A stretch of 64,000 bases of DNA from NCBI GenBank assembly GCA_040285855.1, contig JAUFOQ010000010.1:1426001-1490000 (forward strand). The letters are read 5' to 3'. Position 1 is the first letter of the stretch, and the number at the start of each line of letters is the position of its first letter. Both the position numbers and the translations under genes were made by a program. The DNA is from Eukaryota sp. GEM-RC1 (lineage: Eukaryota). The notes beneath the pieces are model-generated. The model ran no database searches and had not been told where the DNA came from. It was given only the letters and a program-made list of their open reading frames with translations. Shown here piece after piece: positions 24,678 through 39,029 of this stretch.

Positions 24678-26480
24678 CAAAGCAACTCAAAACAGGACCA
24701 TTGACAAACCTCAAAGATGGAGATTCCCTTCTTCTGTTGCCTTCAACATCTTATGATGACTCCTCCCCTTTTCATCTATCCTTCACATAACGTCTTGTTA
24801 CACAGATAACGTCATAAGATAGGTCATCACGCTTAAGAACTCTTCAATACCATGATATTCTCTCGCTTAAGTGGTGATTTCGCCCCATCTTCTCTTCAAA
24901 CACGTCTGGAAACCCGTCTGTCCTAGTGTCCTCTGGAATCCATGTATACTTTTCTTTGTTGGGCATCATTTCTATGTAAGTATCTCACTCTCACGTTGTT
25001 TAATTCAATTACTATTACTTTTTTAGTTGTGAATCCACTGATTGTCTCTTTTTCTCTTTCTGTACTCTTACTCCACAGCAACTACTTAGACTTCGGTATC
25101 ACTTCAAATTTACAAATCTTAATTAGACTCTAGTATCTTCTCGGATGTTACTCTTTGAAGGGTTGATGACGTCATCATTAAACAAAGTGGAATGATTTAT
25201 ACTGAAAGTCTCACCATATGTTACAGCAGATGATCTTTTGATCTCTGGTTCTCTTTTTCAAACGTTTGAAATCTTTTGCTCTTCAGTAATCTACTTTAAA
25301 TGTTGGACAAGGTTATTATTTTTTCAGTTTTTTTTTAATAATTTGTAGTAGTTCTATACAGAGATTGAAGAAGCTTCGTCCACTCCGAATTTTCCTTATT
25401 TCAAAAAAAAAAGACCAACCGTCACGTCATTATCTAGTGTGTAGGTAGAATCAGTTGATTTCTTGTCACTTTACTTAGATTCATGGCCATGAAGAATAGT
25501 TAATTATTTTCAAAAAAAACCAAGTTCTTCAATTCAATTAAGGAAATCGAAACGACTATTTTCTGGGCCAGAAAGTAAAGTTTTAGATATTACCTTTCCG
25601 TATCTCATTCAATTGTTTATTGTGGCTGACATTGGGACACTATCCAAAGATAACAAAAGATAATTCAATCCATCTTACATCAAAATAACTTTATGTCTGG
25701 AACTCCTTTGGTAGAATAGCCATTCACAAACCCATACTTGAAAATATTGTTTGCTAACTCACCTTAAATCAAATCATTGATCCGATTTTTGAATCATCCT
25801 AAGATATCTCGGAATCCTCTCTCTCTTAAACGAATTTCTTAATCAACACGTACCGACAAAGACCGTAAGCAACCAATGAGTAATTGGTTTTTGTCAAACA
25901 AGATAGGTACTGGTTCTTTTCTAAAGGAAATGCGGAATAGAACACCTATTGTGCGCTTAGTATAATTATCCCCAGGGAAGACTGTTACTGTCCTTGAAGT
26001 AGGAGCTATGGAGAAGTCATTTTGACGACGTGTTGCAGATCTCACAGAGACGTCAGACGATGTGGAAGTGATAAAAGACATCAAGAGATGATGTATTAGT
26101 TTATGAATAAGGGCTTCGATATTCTGTGAAATATAAATTTCAGTGAAATCATCTGGAATTTTACACAATTGCCTTTTTGCCCCATATGATTCCATTCTAT
26201 TGGACCTTTTTTATACTTTAATTTTTAGTGATTCTATTTGGTAGAAGAAGGAACTTCTTCTACTCCGAATCTCCTTTTTCTTCTATCTTCTTGATTTCAA
26301 ACACTACTTTTGAATTTCTTTATTGTATCATGTTGGAGATTTCGAGTTGAATCTAGGTGGAGTACGTGATAAACACATACAAAGTTTAAAGACCAACCGA
26401 GAATACTTCCACCATTTCATACTTCTCTTCTTGGTATTATTCTTGAAAATATTTAAATAACAATGGATTATGATATGATA

Positions 26481-27078
26481 TGTTAATAATCTATTTCTTT
26501 CTCTGGTTTTTACCTTTCTTGGTACGTTTCTTTGGGAGTCATTGATCCTCTAAGAGCTGGCATTCAACGGAATGAGCAGTGGTGCCAACTTCCTAACTAA
26601 CTTCTCTGATGGTTTGGAGACTATATTAGACTCATCTTTCAGGAGAATCCTCATACCTTCACATAAGATGCATTCAGGGTGAGGAACAAAAGAGGATTTA
26701 TAAGAAGGATCACCAGAGGTTGGGTGAGTGTTAACAGGAAGGAGGCTCTGTTCTTCTGTCAGAGGGAGGTGCTGTCAGAGGCCTGTAGAAAGTACGAAAC
26801 TTCCTGTACGAAGCGGGTAACGGCGTTCATAGATAGTGAGGAGAGCTTCGGCGCCACGAAGCGGACTTGGTCAGCGCGGGTTGAAGATGCTGGAAATGAA
26901 GTACGTGAATTAGACATGCAGAATTAGTTGAGGTCTGGTAATTCGGCCAATAGCTTTTGATGCCGGTTCTAGGCTTGGAAGTAAAAGGGACGGTACCTTT
27001 AAAGAAGAGGGAATAATCTATGAAGTAAAATATTACAGTTCAGTAATGGAACACGTGTTAACACTTGCTGTGCTAACA
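26481..27078 (-). mobile_element. Possible degraded relative of the short-LTR retrotransposon
   Basis: GC-richer patch. Translates as VAPKLSSLSMNAVTRFVQEV, similar to Gag LQPKMLSSLKPHDIIEFAQDF. Ends in purine-rich LPKKRTKKGKNQRKK*; begins TGTTAG and ends TAACA. Confidence 0.35.
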
Positions 27079-27675
27079 GTTGTTCCTAATAAATGACACC
27101 GATATTACGTCTGAGACTAGATTCAAAGGCCATTATCAGTCGAGCTTTGGCTTTTCGTAGAACATTAGTTATTGTCTTTCGTGTATACTTGTACTTCAGA
27201 AATATATTATGGATAGACGAAGTACAAATGCTACGCATATGTATGCATTTCAAATGTAACATCTCTGACAGCATTATAAAGAACAGAATGAAATTTGATA
27301 AATTTGGGAGAATTAATTACATGACTAAAAGTTGCATTACGATGGCTACATATACATTTAGAAAATTTCAAGCAATTTAGTAGGATAAATTTTGTTGTGT
27401 ACTTTCAATTTCAATTTGTTCAACCTCCAGTTCATTATAGAAAACATCAACCAGATTGGAAAATTACAACATTTTCTAGAGAGATTTAAAAGTGTTTCTC
27501 TAGAAATGATGAAAAGTATAACCAAATTCAAAAATTTATGAGACTTCGCCCAAATCCACCTTCTAGACATTATAAATTTCCATTTCCACATCGCCTCCCA
27601 AAATCACACCGACTCTCATTATCGTCATGCCATTAAATTTTATATGATCACAAACTAACATAAACACAATTACTG

Positions 27676-27860
27676 TTACTTCTTAAGACATGTAGCTTTG
27701 TTGTGTCCGGGGATTCCACAGATACTACACTTTCTTGATTCTTTAGGCTTTGGTTCTTGTTGTTGAACTTCACTCGTCCTTCTTTTTAGAGCAGCTGTAG
27801 GCCTTCTACCTTTCTGTCCTCTCACCTTTGCTGGTCTTCCAGGTGGTGGTTTGTTCAAGG
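27676..27860 (-). mobile_element. MULE-like transposase C-terminal remnant (basic region + CCHC knuckle)
   Basis: PPGRPAKVRG...RKCSICGIPGHNKATC, typical of MuDR-type C-termini; abuts a hAT remnant. Confidence 0.55.
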
Positions 27861-27861
27861 G

Positions 27862-29150
27862 AGGATACTCTTTACTGTGCAATTTCCACTATACAAGCGG
27901 ACATGATTTAATATCGTTTGGATATAAGCTCCTGTACTTTTATAATTGATCTTCTTCCACTATAACCTCATGATTATCTGGGGAATTGGTGGGAAACGTA
28001 AGAATCCTTGGTGATTTTTCAGTCATGAGAGAGAGAAGTACAGGGCTCCTCATAAATATATATAAATTCTATTTATTTCTATTTATTTCTATTTCTATTT
28101 ATTTTTGAGCCTTTTTGGCGATCATGCAAATAAAACAAAATATAAATAAATATAAATAAATATAAATAAAATGTATCAAAGTAAACTTCATTGATCTATA
28201 TAATACATGAGTTAATTTAGTGCTCAAGGTTGTTGATTGACTTGAAACATGATGTTTGAAATACTCAAGCTCAGACAAAAATTAGGGTTGAGACATTTCA
28301 TCTCATACTTTGTAATTTCAGTATCGAACCTAACCAATACAGACGAGCCTTTATCTGTGTTCTAAGCCAATCCAACGACTATACCCTGGCATATCATCAT
28401 TGAACGCTTCTCATGATCGTTTACGATGCTGAACATTGAACTAATATTGAAGATCCACAGATGTCTATGGAATGATGACACAGTTAGAGCAATTGTACGA
28501 AAGTCAACTAACCTATTTCGACACGAAAGCGATGATCAAATGGATTGTGTATTCATCGATAGTGACTCACATTAGATGTATAATATAATATTTTGTTTTT
28601 ATTTTGTTTTAATTGTATTTATTTCACATTTATTTTTGGCACTTTTGGATGTTCAAATTATTTTAAATTATCTTATGAGAGGGCTTGGGGAAGTAGTAAA
28701 TCTACAATAACAAGATTTTTATCAGTAATGATCACAATTATGAGTGCGCTAGTGGTACTTCTATAACCTTTTGTATTTGTTTGTACGTCTTAAAAAACGC
28801 CTTTTATTTACTATTACAAATACAAACTATCATCAATATTGACATATGAGATGCAAATACATCTACATCATCTCAAATCCGTGTCTCAATGCAAAGAGAC
28901 GGTTCAAAAAAATCGAATCAAAATAGCTAAGCAGTGCTTTGAAAAGGGAAAACGACAACCTTCCTCTCTAGAACGTCTTATGAATCAATGTATGTAATGA
29001 ACTTGGTCAACTTGTTCATATACTATTTATATTGTTCGAAGTAAGTTCAAGCCGCGGCTTGAGCCATTTGAGTAAGCCAAGCCAAATTTGGATATGAATT
29101 CCCTCAAGTCGTTCGGTTTACGGCTTGAGCCGAACCGTTTGACAGCTCTA
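27862..29150 (-). mobile_element. Partial second copy of the 3613-4552 hAT element, with nested insertions
   Basis: Collinear with ~4063-4552 and ends in TIR GTTTGACAGCTCTA; interrupted at 28041-28687 and 28793-28972. Confidence 0.85.
28041..28687. mobile_element. Nested hAT-type MITE
   Basis: Imperfect TIR CAGGGCTCCTCATAA / TTATGAGAGGGCTTG; 8-bp TSD GAGAAGTA / GGGAAGTA; the empty site is visible at ~4215-4225. Confidence 0.75.
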
Positions 29151-29848
29151 GTATTTCCCATCTATGTTTATGAACGTAACAAGAATCAAACAAAATTGTT
29201 GTAAATCCCTAAAAAAGTACCAAATTACTAAAAATATGAATACTTCTTGATTTGGAAATCATTTGTTTTAGAACTACAGTTTACACTCTGAATAGTGACA
29301 CCCCAGCGGCTGTCACTATATAGAGGGAAAGAAATCGTGCGTCCACTATACGAATGTATGAGCTTTACTGCTGATAGTATAAAATTGCTGATACTATTGT
29401 ACCAACTGTGGGCCTTTTGATCCTATCAGTAGTATTACAACTGGAAAGGAGGACGAGAAATATATTAAAGAGATCTCGGAGGGTGGTAGAATGAGGATGA
29501 TACCGAAGGGGAAGGCATACATGGACATAATGAGAAGACAAACATTAAAATGATGGGTAGAGAACACAATGAGGACTGTAGGACATCCAACACGTCGCAA
29601 ATCAGAAAAGCTGATGTGAGCTTTTGATGGGAAACAACGAGCAAACACAGCATTCTTCAATCCCTTTTAGTTATGGAGTATATCGTATGGATTGATTTGG
29701 GTCTTCTCCTCACCTTTCTAGTTTGTTTGAATTAGTACAAACATCAGTTGAAGAGACATCTATAATCACATGGTAGAAAGGAAACATCACACCATCACAT
29801 GTCTCGTGTGAGGTTCTTTTGTAATAAGAAGTAACTCAGTGAAAGAAC

Positions 29849-32800
29849 ATGTTCATTCCATTTCCTTTGTCTATGGATGAACTTCTACTCAAATCGTTTT
29901 CAAGGCAGTTTTACAGTGGTACTAGTATTATATCGACGAGCCCTTCCCCCTTTATAAGAATCCCATCACTCCTTCAATGTTCTTCTTCCAAACACATCCT
30001 TCTCCAACATTCCTTGTTGCTATCGATAAAGACTCATTACTTCAGACGTCTTTTACAACCTTCCTTTAAAGTCTCACTGTCTATTTCGAACTCTGATGAT
30101 TATGATGATGATTCAAATCTTCAAGAGGATCTCCTCTCATTCTTTAGAAAAGTTGGCTTTGTGAGCCATCGCTTCTTTGAAATAGCCACTGTCGCAGTCA
30201 CAGTCTTTTCGAGAATAACACATTTGATGTTGATTTCAACAATCTTCCACAACTCTCTTCAACCGCTTCCTTATTTGGAGCTAAGCTTCGATATGTTTCT
30301 TTGACAATGACAGGGTATCTTAAAGCAACAGACATTCTTGAGTTTAGTTCAGTTATTACTCATTTAAAAACTGCAGATTGCTACTTCGTACACCTACTGA
30401 ATCAGTCTGTTTTGTTGCCATGTCTGCGAGTTCTTGATATTTCCTTTTATGAATCTAGGTTCTCGAGAACCCCTCCCTCTAATGAATCATTTACTTCCTT
30501 TTGTGAATATCTAATGGTTAACACTACTGTTAAAGAATTAAATATTGATTTCGGCCTTCTCAGTAGACCGAAAGCTAGTGTATTTGCAGCAGTGTTTCAT
30601 TCAAATCGCTCACTACAGAAATTGTCTTTGTGTGCTGGAGAATATGAAAATCACGAATGTCTGTTGTTGATCACTACATCTGCAAAAAATGCTGGAATTG
30701 CAGAAATTGATCTGTCTAAACTTTTGGTAACATCTCCAAATTGTATTCTTCCACTTCTGCAGAGCTCTAGTCTCAGAAGTATTGCTCTAACACGCTACTG
30801 TGATTTTAGCCCTATAGTTTTTAATGCTTTTAAGTTCAATGCATCTCTTAGAGAGGTTTCGTTTTTTCATCTTCAACGTCTGATCCAGTACGTTATAGCG
30901 AAGATCTTGCTGATTTCTTCAAATCTAACACTGCGTTAAAGAAAATAACAATATGCGAACATGTGGAGTCTGGGTCTAATTTATTTTCACTGATTTTCAA
31001 CTCTCTTGATTCTGATAGTTCTCTATTAGAATTAATAATTAAGACGACACAATCATTCACAGATCAAGATGTTCAAGCATTATGCAACATGTTACAGATG
31101 AATACCAGACTACGTGTTTTGAGCTTTACTGGTAAACAAGTTTCTTTTTCGCAGTTTAACAGCTTGTTGAAAGCACTTGTATACAACAGAAATTTGAACA
31201 GAGTCATTTGTAATTTCCTAGACATTAGTTGTTTAATTTCGCTTTACAAAGCAGTGGTCGTGAACAACTATTGTTTTTCATTTGATGTTTCACCTCATTA
31301 TATTAACACCAATACTGTTGTGTTTACATGTGACGGTTTTGATGAATTTGAAGTTCTTATATCAGTAACATTGACTGATGTATTGTTTTTACAGTCTTTT
31401 TGCAGTGTCACAATATCAATGAGCTTACTCTTAAAGGATACCGTTTTGGAGCTAAAGAAATAGCTGCATTATGTGACTTATTGAGATCCAACAAGTGTTT
31501 GACTTCAGTTGACTTCAGTTATTGTCAGTTTTCTGATGAAGATTTGTTTGATTCATATGAACGATATAGATCGTCCTTCATTCATGACGACTCATTGAAT
31601 TTAGTTAATGCATTTCAGTTCAGTTGTTTAGAAAAGATCAATCTCAGTCATAGTTCAATTGGATTCAAAAGTCTTTTGACAATCATGGAACTGGTTACAG
31701 CTCATAAGTTATCACAAAATATTGATGTTTGTCCACATTCCATCGATTTTACTCTTGGTACTATTCACTATGACAATTTGATCGACAATGATGATTTAGT
31801 ATCACTCTTGAACGCTTTACAGTTAAGTGTTTTTGTAACACGTGTGGAATGTCATGGTTGGGAAAATCCAAGTTTAGAAGATCTTACTCTTTATTTGGAA
31901 ATTCGATCTATTAACAAATCAGTGATAGATCTTGATGTTTCTAATGATATAATTGACTTAGAGAAGGGTGTGTTTTGTCCCCGTCTTATTGAACATTTTT
32001 ATTTCTTCATCCTTTGTTGAATTATTGTCAGATCAAAATACTTAAGGTAAATTGTTGTTTTACAGATGAAACATTCTGTATTTTATGTGATTTAATTAGA
32101 GATAGTAAACTTCTGAATTCTGTTGACTTGTCCAGGTGTGTGCTATCTGATAACAACTTCTCAAAAGTAATATCATTACTACAATTCAACTCTTGTTTAA
32201 GTAAAATCGACCTTAGCGATAGTATGATTGGATTCAAAAGTATATTAAGCATTTACGTACTAATTTCTGGTGGTAGGTTGACTCCAAATATTCAAATTTC
32301 TCCTCATTGTGTTGACATTGAAAATGGTTTGTTTTGTTTTTCACCAAAACAATCAATTCACATATGCACTGAAGCAGTTTCATATCTCGAGGTTTTTCTC
32401 AATTCTTTCAGTATCAAAGATCTTACTCTTAGAAAATGTTGTTTCACTGACAAAGCGACCACTGCTTTGTGCAGTTTAATCAGTAACAACAGTACTTTAA
32501 CATCGATTGAATTCAGTGAATGGAATATGTCTGGGAAAAAATTCCAGAAAATAATCAATTGCTTACAATTCATTTCTAACTTAACAAGTATCAATCTCAG
32601 TAATAATGGCATTGTGCTCCAAAATCTTTTAAATATCCTGGAATTGGTTTCAACCCATATGTTACCGCCAAACATTGACGTTTCTCCGCATTCCATCGAC
32701 TTTTCCATTGGTTCTATTTACTATGATAATGAGATTTTTAGTGATGATTTATCCGCAGTTCTATTTGCTTTGAAATCAAATATTCCTATTAACCGTGTGG

Positions 32801-35800
32801 AATCTCATGGGTTGAGTAGTTTAAATCTACAAGGCCTTATTACATTGTTTGAAATTCTTTCAATTAACAAATCAGTAATCGATTTGTATAGTTCGTATAA
32901 TTCTTATCTCCTTGAAAAGGTAAGCTTACTACCTGGTTTCCCGATACATATCCTATAACATTAGATACATTTTCTCCACATTCTATTAACATTGTAGATG
33001 GTGTTCTTTGTTTTTCACCAAAAAAATCTGTCCGAGTAACTACTGAAGAAATGTCTTCATTACGATCACTTTTGATTTGTTCTAGTATCACAGAGCTTAC
33101 TCTGAGTCGGTGTCGTTTTTCTGATGAATTATTTAATATTTTGTGTGATTCAATCATGGTAAATAATTCATTGACTTTTATTGACTTCAGTTACATTGGA
33201 CTTGTCAACGTTTTTCATTTAGAACTTATAATTCTACACAACTATCCGATCAACAACTTTCGAAATTAATCAATGCACTTAGTTCCAAGTCTCATCTAAG
33301 AAGCGTTGATCTCAGTCATTCCCTAGGTTCAATTGGATTTAATATTGTTTTGACTTTCTTTGAACTTATTTCAGCTGCAAAATTAACACCAAATTTTAAA
33401 ATTGCTCCTCATTTCATCGATGTTTTTCTTGGTACTGTTCGTTATGAAAATTTTATAGGTAATAATGATTTAGTCTCACTTTTAACTGCGTTAAAGTCAG
33501 ATGTTCCTATCAAAAGTGTAAAATGTCATGGATTTAGAAGTTTAACTCTTAAAGGACTTGTTACTCTATTTGAAATTCGTTCTATCAACCAGTCGGTGAT
33601 AGATGTTGATGTGTTTCCTCATTCTATTGATCTTGAAAACGATGTATTTTCTTTTGTCCAGAAAGACCTACTGCGGTAGCTGTTGATGAAATATTATCTC
33701 TAAAGCGTCTATTGAAGAGTTTTAGTATTAAAAACCTTACTCTGAATCGGTGTTGTTTTTCTGATGAATCATTTTATGTTTTGTGTGATTTACTTAGTGT
33801 AAATAGTTCACTGACTTCTTTAGACTTCAGTGACTGTGGTTTAAGTGACCCTTATTTTTTGGATATTATTTCTGTAATTCAACCCCATTGTTGTCTAAAG
33901 AAACTCAATTTCAGTTGTAATTTTATAGGACTGGACGGTTTTGTGACTGTTTCTAAACTTGTCGTAGCAGGAAAGATTTCAAATAATCTTCAAATTTCCC
34001 CACATTTTTTAGATGTTAAAGATGGTGTGTTTTCATTTTCACCCGAAACTTTAACTGAAATATGTGGTCAAGACGTATCATCTTTGTGTTCCTTGTTTAA
34101 GCATCTAAGTGTCAAAAATCTTGTTCTTAAACGGTGTCTTTTTTCTGAAGAAGTCATCGTCGTTTTGTGTGATTTAATCAGGGAGTGTATTTCCTTGACT
34201 TCTATTGACTTCAGTTTCAGTGATTTTTGTGATGATCAGTTTTCGCAATTAGTCAGCTCACTTCAGTTTCAATCTGGTTTAACACAAGTTAATCTCAGTA
34301 GTTCCTCAATTAGATTCAATTCTCTTCTGACCGTCTTTGAATTGGTTTCAGCGAGAAAATTAACACCAAATGTTAGAGTTTTTCCACATTCTATTGATAT
34401 CTCCCTTGGTTCTGTGAGTTACAAACATGTGTTTGAACAGAGTGATTCTATTTCATTGTTAAATGCTTTAAAGTCAAATATCCTTATTAAACGTGTTGAA
34501 TGTCGTGGATTGAGAAGTTTACGGTTACGGAGATTTATTGATTTGTTTGAACTTTTTTCCATCAGTAAGTCAGTGTTAGATCTTGATATTTCTCCTCATT
34601 CGATTGACGTTGAAAGTGGTGTGTTCTGTTTTAATCCTGTTAATTCCGTACAATTAACAGGTGAAGAATTTCTTTCTGTCCAGTCTTTCTGGAAAAGTTA
34701 TACCATCAAACAGCTTACTCTCAAGAATTGCGATTTTACTAAGGACGCGTTCACTGGTTTGTGTGATTTACTCAACGTCACTACTTCTTTGACTCTTATA
34801 GACATCAGTAATTGTGATTTGACATGTGAACAAATCTCTCAAGTAATTTGTTTGATGCACTTGAGTTTTCGGTTGGAAGCAGTCAATTTAAGCAATAATT
34901 TCATTACACTTCAAAATCTGTTACACATTTTTGAACTGTTTACGTCTGCTGAAAAAATACCAAATTTTACTGTTTATCCTCATGATATTGATTTTTCTAC
35001 AGCTTCGATTCTTTATAGCTGTGAAGTTGACAATTATGATTTAATTTCACTTTTAAATGCAATGAAGTCTAATATCCCAATTAACCGTGTTTTCTGTCAT
35101 CCATTAAGCCGTCCAAGTCTCCAAGAACTTATTACTTTATTTGAAGTTCTTTCCGTTAACAAATTTGTGTTAGTTCTTCCTCATTCTTCTCGTCGTAGAC
35201 TTAGCGACTATGAGTTTTATGAGGATTTTATAGATATCGACTACGGGACAATTCATTGTGATAATATGATTGAAAACAGTGATTTAAGTGCACTTTTGAA
35301 AGCCTTAAAATCAAGTGTCCCTATTAAACATGTTGAATGTCGTGGATTGAAAAGACCAAGTCTGGAAGGACTTATTGCTTTGAATGAAATTCTTTCCATC
35401 AACAAATCAGTAATAGGTAAAAAAATTTCAAAAATCAGATATAACCTCGATGTTGAAAATGGTGTGTTCTGTTTCTCACCAAAATTCATAAATTATAGAA
35501 TCAACCATGGGATATTGCATGGAATAGGGCATGGATTTTGTAGGTCGATCACTAGAAGTGGCCTGACAGCGGACACTGTCTCGTTTTTCTCTCAGTTTTT
35601 GGAGTTGTATCGTATGAAAACATTTATTCTTAAGAAATGTCGTTTAAATTTTAAAACAATAACTGCTTTATGTGATTTGCTCAAGGAAAATCACTGGTTG
35701 ACCTCTATTGATTTCAGCAGTTGTAATCTATCAGGTTATGATGCAGTAAGATTAGCTACTGCTGTTCAGTCTAACCTTCATCTAAAACTTTCAATGATTA

Positions 35801-35961
35801 ATCTACAGAATAATTCTATTGGTAACATGGACGCTTTCACAGTGGTTGATACTTTGAAATTCTGTACTAGTGTTACTAACATTGATCTGCGATATAACTT
35901 TATTGATTCAAACACCAAACAGCTCATTAAAAGAATCTTAAATAATCGTGTCACATGTTGA
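29849..35961 (+). CDS. Large (~2000 aa) RI-like LRR protein with composite tandem modules; several frameshifts
   Basis: Consecutive ORFs share motifs LTLxxCxF, LCDLIxxNxxLTSxDFS, SPHxID, ALKSNIPIKRVEC, GVFCFSP, plus the family motif FFRKVGFVSHRFFE. Breaks at ~30206, ~30865, ~31398 and ~33655 are repaired by adding one T. Confidence 0.85.
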
Positions 35962-36924
35962 TCCGATTAATAGATGACACTAATGTGAAGGGTAGTTCAT
36001 GAACAGTCTTTACAATTCGGAATTTCAACCACCAAACATTTTTAAATTGTTATTTTTGATTCATTCATTAGATCGCGTTATAATTCACAACAATAAACCT
36101 CAGTTTTAGTAAACTTTATTGACGTGACTTCTTATTGTAGCTATTCACAAAACGTTTGTGTGGTTTTTTCAGAAATTTGATCATGGAGTATGATTGTGCT
36201 GAGTTCAGAAATTTGGACTGTTTTTACATATTTATGATAGTATTATATTCAGCGATCTTCAAAAAGATACAATTGTCAATTAGAAACGCATATGATCCAT
36301 TCGAGAACGTGGTCATTCAGAAAACAGTCACCTTCCTCATACACCTTTATATTATTAAACTTCCAATACAACGTCACCCCTAAACCAGGGAGGACTATTA
36401 AATATATATTGCAATATTTACATAAATATGATTGAAGTCAAACATTTAAAGGTGAGCACAATACATACACATTTGAACTGAAATGCCGTTGTTCAGCGAC
36501 ATTAGTCTGTTCCTCATTTATCACCTGTTTCAATATCACATTGCTGTCAACCAAAACAACAAGAAGTAAGGTAAAATAACAAGTATGTGGACTTTATTTC
36601 CATAAATCTTACCATGAAAATGTGACAGCCACATGACTGTTTAGTAAAGCTGAACTAAAGCTAAAAATCCGTCGTCGTCCTTTTTTTAAGCCAGACAGTC
36701 TTCATACACAGCTGTTCCTCCATGAAAACCATGAGGATTGGAACTATATCTTTACAATACATTGCTATCACAAGAAGAGTAAATTTGAATCAATTAGGAT
36801 TTTTGTCTTACTAAATGGCTTCACACCTAAGACTCATGTGACATGGAGTCTGAATAAATATATATTTACATCGAATCGCAATATCATACTTATTTAAATG
36901 ATTCTTAAAAGAATTCAAAAAAAA

Positions 36925-37085
36925 GAAAATCTTGACAAGCCAATTTCAACCGGAAATAAACTGATAATTGGAAAATTAAAATATTTGAAATACTTAATTT
37001 AACGGAATATTGTGACGAAAAAGACCGAAAACATGTTCGGATACTCCCAAAAATTCAGGTACCATCTTCATTTTTGAAAATAACA
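36925..37085 (-). pseudogene. Degenerate fragment of the second BTB region of the BTB-SEL1 family
   Basis: TCTTGACAAGCCAATTTCAAC...AAATATTTGAAATACT matches ~42920-43070. Confidence 0.6.
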
Positions 37086-37159
37086 TACGAGTGTTCAGTA
37101 CAAGAAAATAGAAAGATTCCAGTCATTAAAGTCTTAATTACAAGTACCATCGGGCATAC

Positions 37160-37630
37160 TGAGCCGTTGACGAGCTATTTTTTTCTAGAGTTAGTAGTAA
37201 AGAGAGAAAACAAATAGGGGACGGTAATATCATCAATCGACGAATACAAGAGGTCCTCCGATGTGGACAGAAAACTTTGTTCACCTTTAAAGAAGTAGTA
37301 GGAGGCGTCAACACGATTCCGTCAGTCTATTGAATACTAAACTAAAATGAATTTTGGTACACTAAACCAAAAGTTGATTTTGGGTAAACTATACATTGAG
37401 AGACAGTTTTACATCACAAATTTTACAAGTGTGCTTTCCGTCGTTTTGTAAGACCAACTTGTGTCCAATATCAGGCTCAGTGTCAGATTCAACCTCAGTG
37501 TTACTAGGCTTATTAGATGATGGTGAATTCATTAAACTAGTTGTTATGAGTTAAAGAGGTTGTCAGTACTTGAATTTAGAAGCTCAAAATTGATATTGGT
37601 GTTGTTTTAGTTAAGATCCAGACAATTGAT
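37160..37630. repeat. Dispersed direct repeat, partner at ~45115-45570
   Basis: Collinear high identity, e.g. GTTAGTAGTAAAGAGAG and GTCCAATATCAGGCTCAGTG. Confidence 0.85.
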
Positions 37631-38173
37631 CATGAAAGAAAGTATTTGTCCTCCTAACTTAAAACTTCTTCACAAAAACTCATCTTTTTCAGGGCAGTCA
37701 TATTCATCTTGTGGAAAGCACCTCTGGACCCAGTTCTTCCCTCTTTTCGCACCTTAATAACATTAAACATTCACCAGTCTCTAGGACTATGGTATAACTT
37801 TGAGTCAACATGACGAATTTGGTAACATATCACGTTTTTTTCGAATTCATCTGTTAGGAGCAGGTAGTCTAAAACCTGATTCTCACCTGTATGTGCTTCT
37901 TTTTCTCTCAGGGTGGATGTACTCTCTTGACCCAGTCACCAGGTCTATTGCTTCGAGAACCAGTTTTCAACAGTATCTGTGTTGTTGTCCAATTGCTGAT
38001 TGTAAGTAGACAAGTTCGTTTGGGCAACTGCAAAGGCTCCAGACACCATTAATTATGTAAATTATGTAGAATAAAGTGATCAGGCAAAATATGTTGGGAA
38101 GTACACAACAACAACAAAAAGCAAAAACCTACAAAGAAGGCAAAAAAGTGTATTTATCAACTATGATTGAAAG

Positions 38174-38694
38174 AAAAGGCACGAAGTACATCAAAGATCC
38201 TCAAGAACTAGAAGCTTTCAATGAATTGATTTCTGGCTCTTGTAGACACCCGAGCTAAAATTCTTGAGTCACAGGTCCTAAATGTTATTGTTTCTTATAT
38301 CAGAGACAACTGGATTAACCAGTCCAAGGTTTGTAAGGTTTTGTAGTATAAAATTAATACTAGTGATATTTGTTCCTTAAGTGAAAAGACAACGTCTTGA
38401 ATTGCATCTCAACACTCTGCCCTGTAGAGCTTATTGAAAGCTTCTACTTCATGATTGTTACATGTAGTACGTGATATGGGCAAATTTTTGGTAAATCAGT
38501 GGACGTTGAACTGTCTTTGGCATCAGAGTACTTGAAAGTGCATCAGTTTCCATCTAATACGTCATCGAATGTTTGCTACAGTATCTTTAAAAATTGTTCC
38601 AAGAAGAAGAGACTTATAGACCAAAATTTATAAAACAAAAGAATGACAACGTTATCACTAAAGACCTTCCATCTCTCACTAAACTTTTGAACCA
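38174..38694 (+). mobile_element. MULE transposase remnant, duplicate of 48601-49168
   Basis: AAAAGGCACGAAGTACATCAAAGATCC onward is collinear; includes the TTSxxESxHS-equivalent motif. Confidence 0.75.
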
Positions 38695-39029
38695 GGAATC
38701 ACTGTTAATCGATTTAGCCAGTCTGCATTGTAAACGTTTCCGCATTCTAACTCATTGATTTGACTGATAGGGAAGAAGAGAGGTTCAGTGCACACGTGGC
38801 AGTTTTTTTCTGAAAGTCATGGGAGTTTAAGCAAAAATGCATAAATGAATAAGGTCATTTCTCTGGTGTTGAATTTGCATCAATACCTTCATATCCTCAG
38901 TGAATTCAAAAAAACTATAAAAAACATGTGTTTATTTAACATGGAGAATTATGTCCTTAAAGTGGGTATCCTTAGAAGAGGGAATCTAGATCTATATATG
39001 CCATCATTGCCGAAAACCAATTGAGATAT

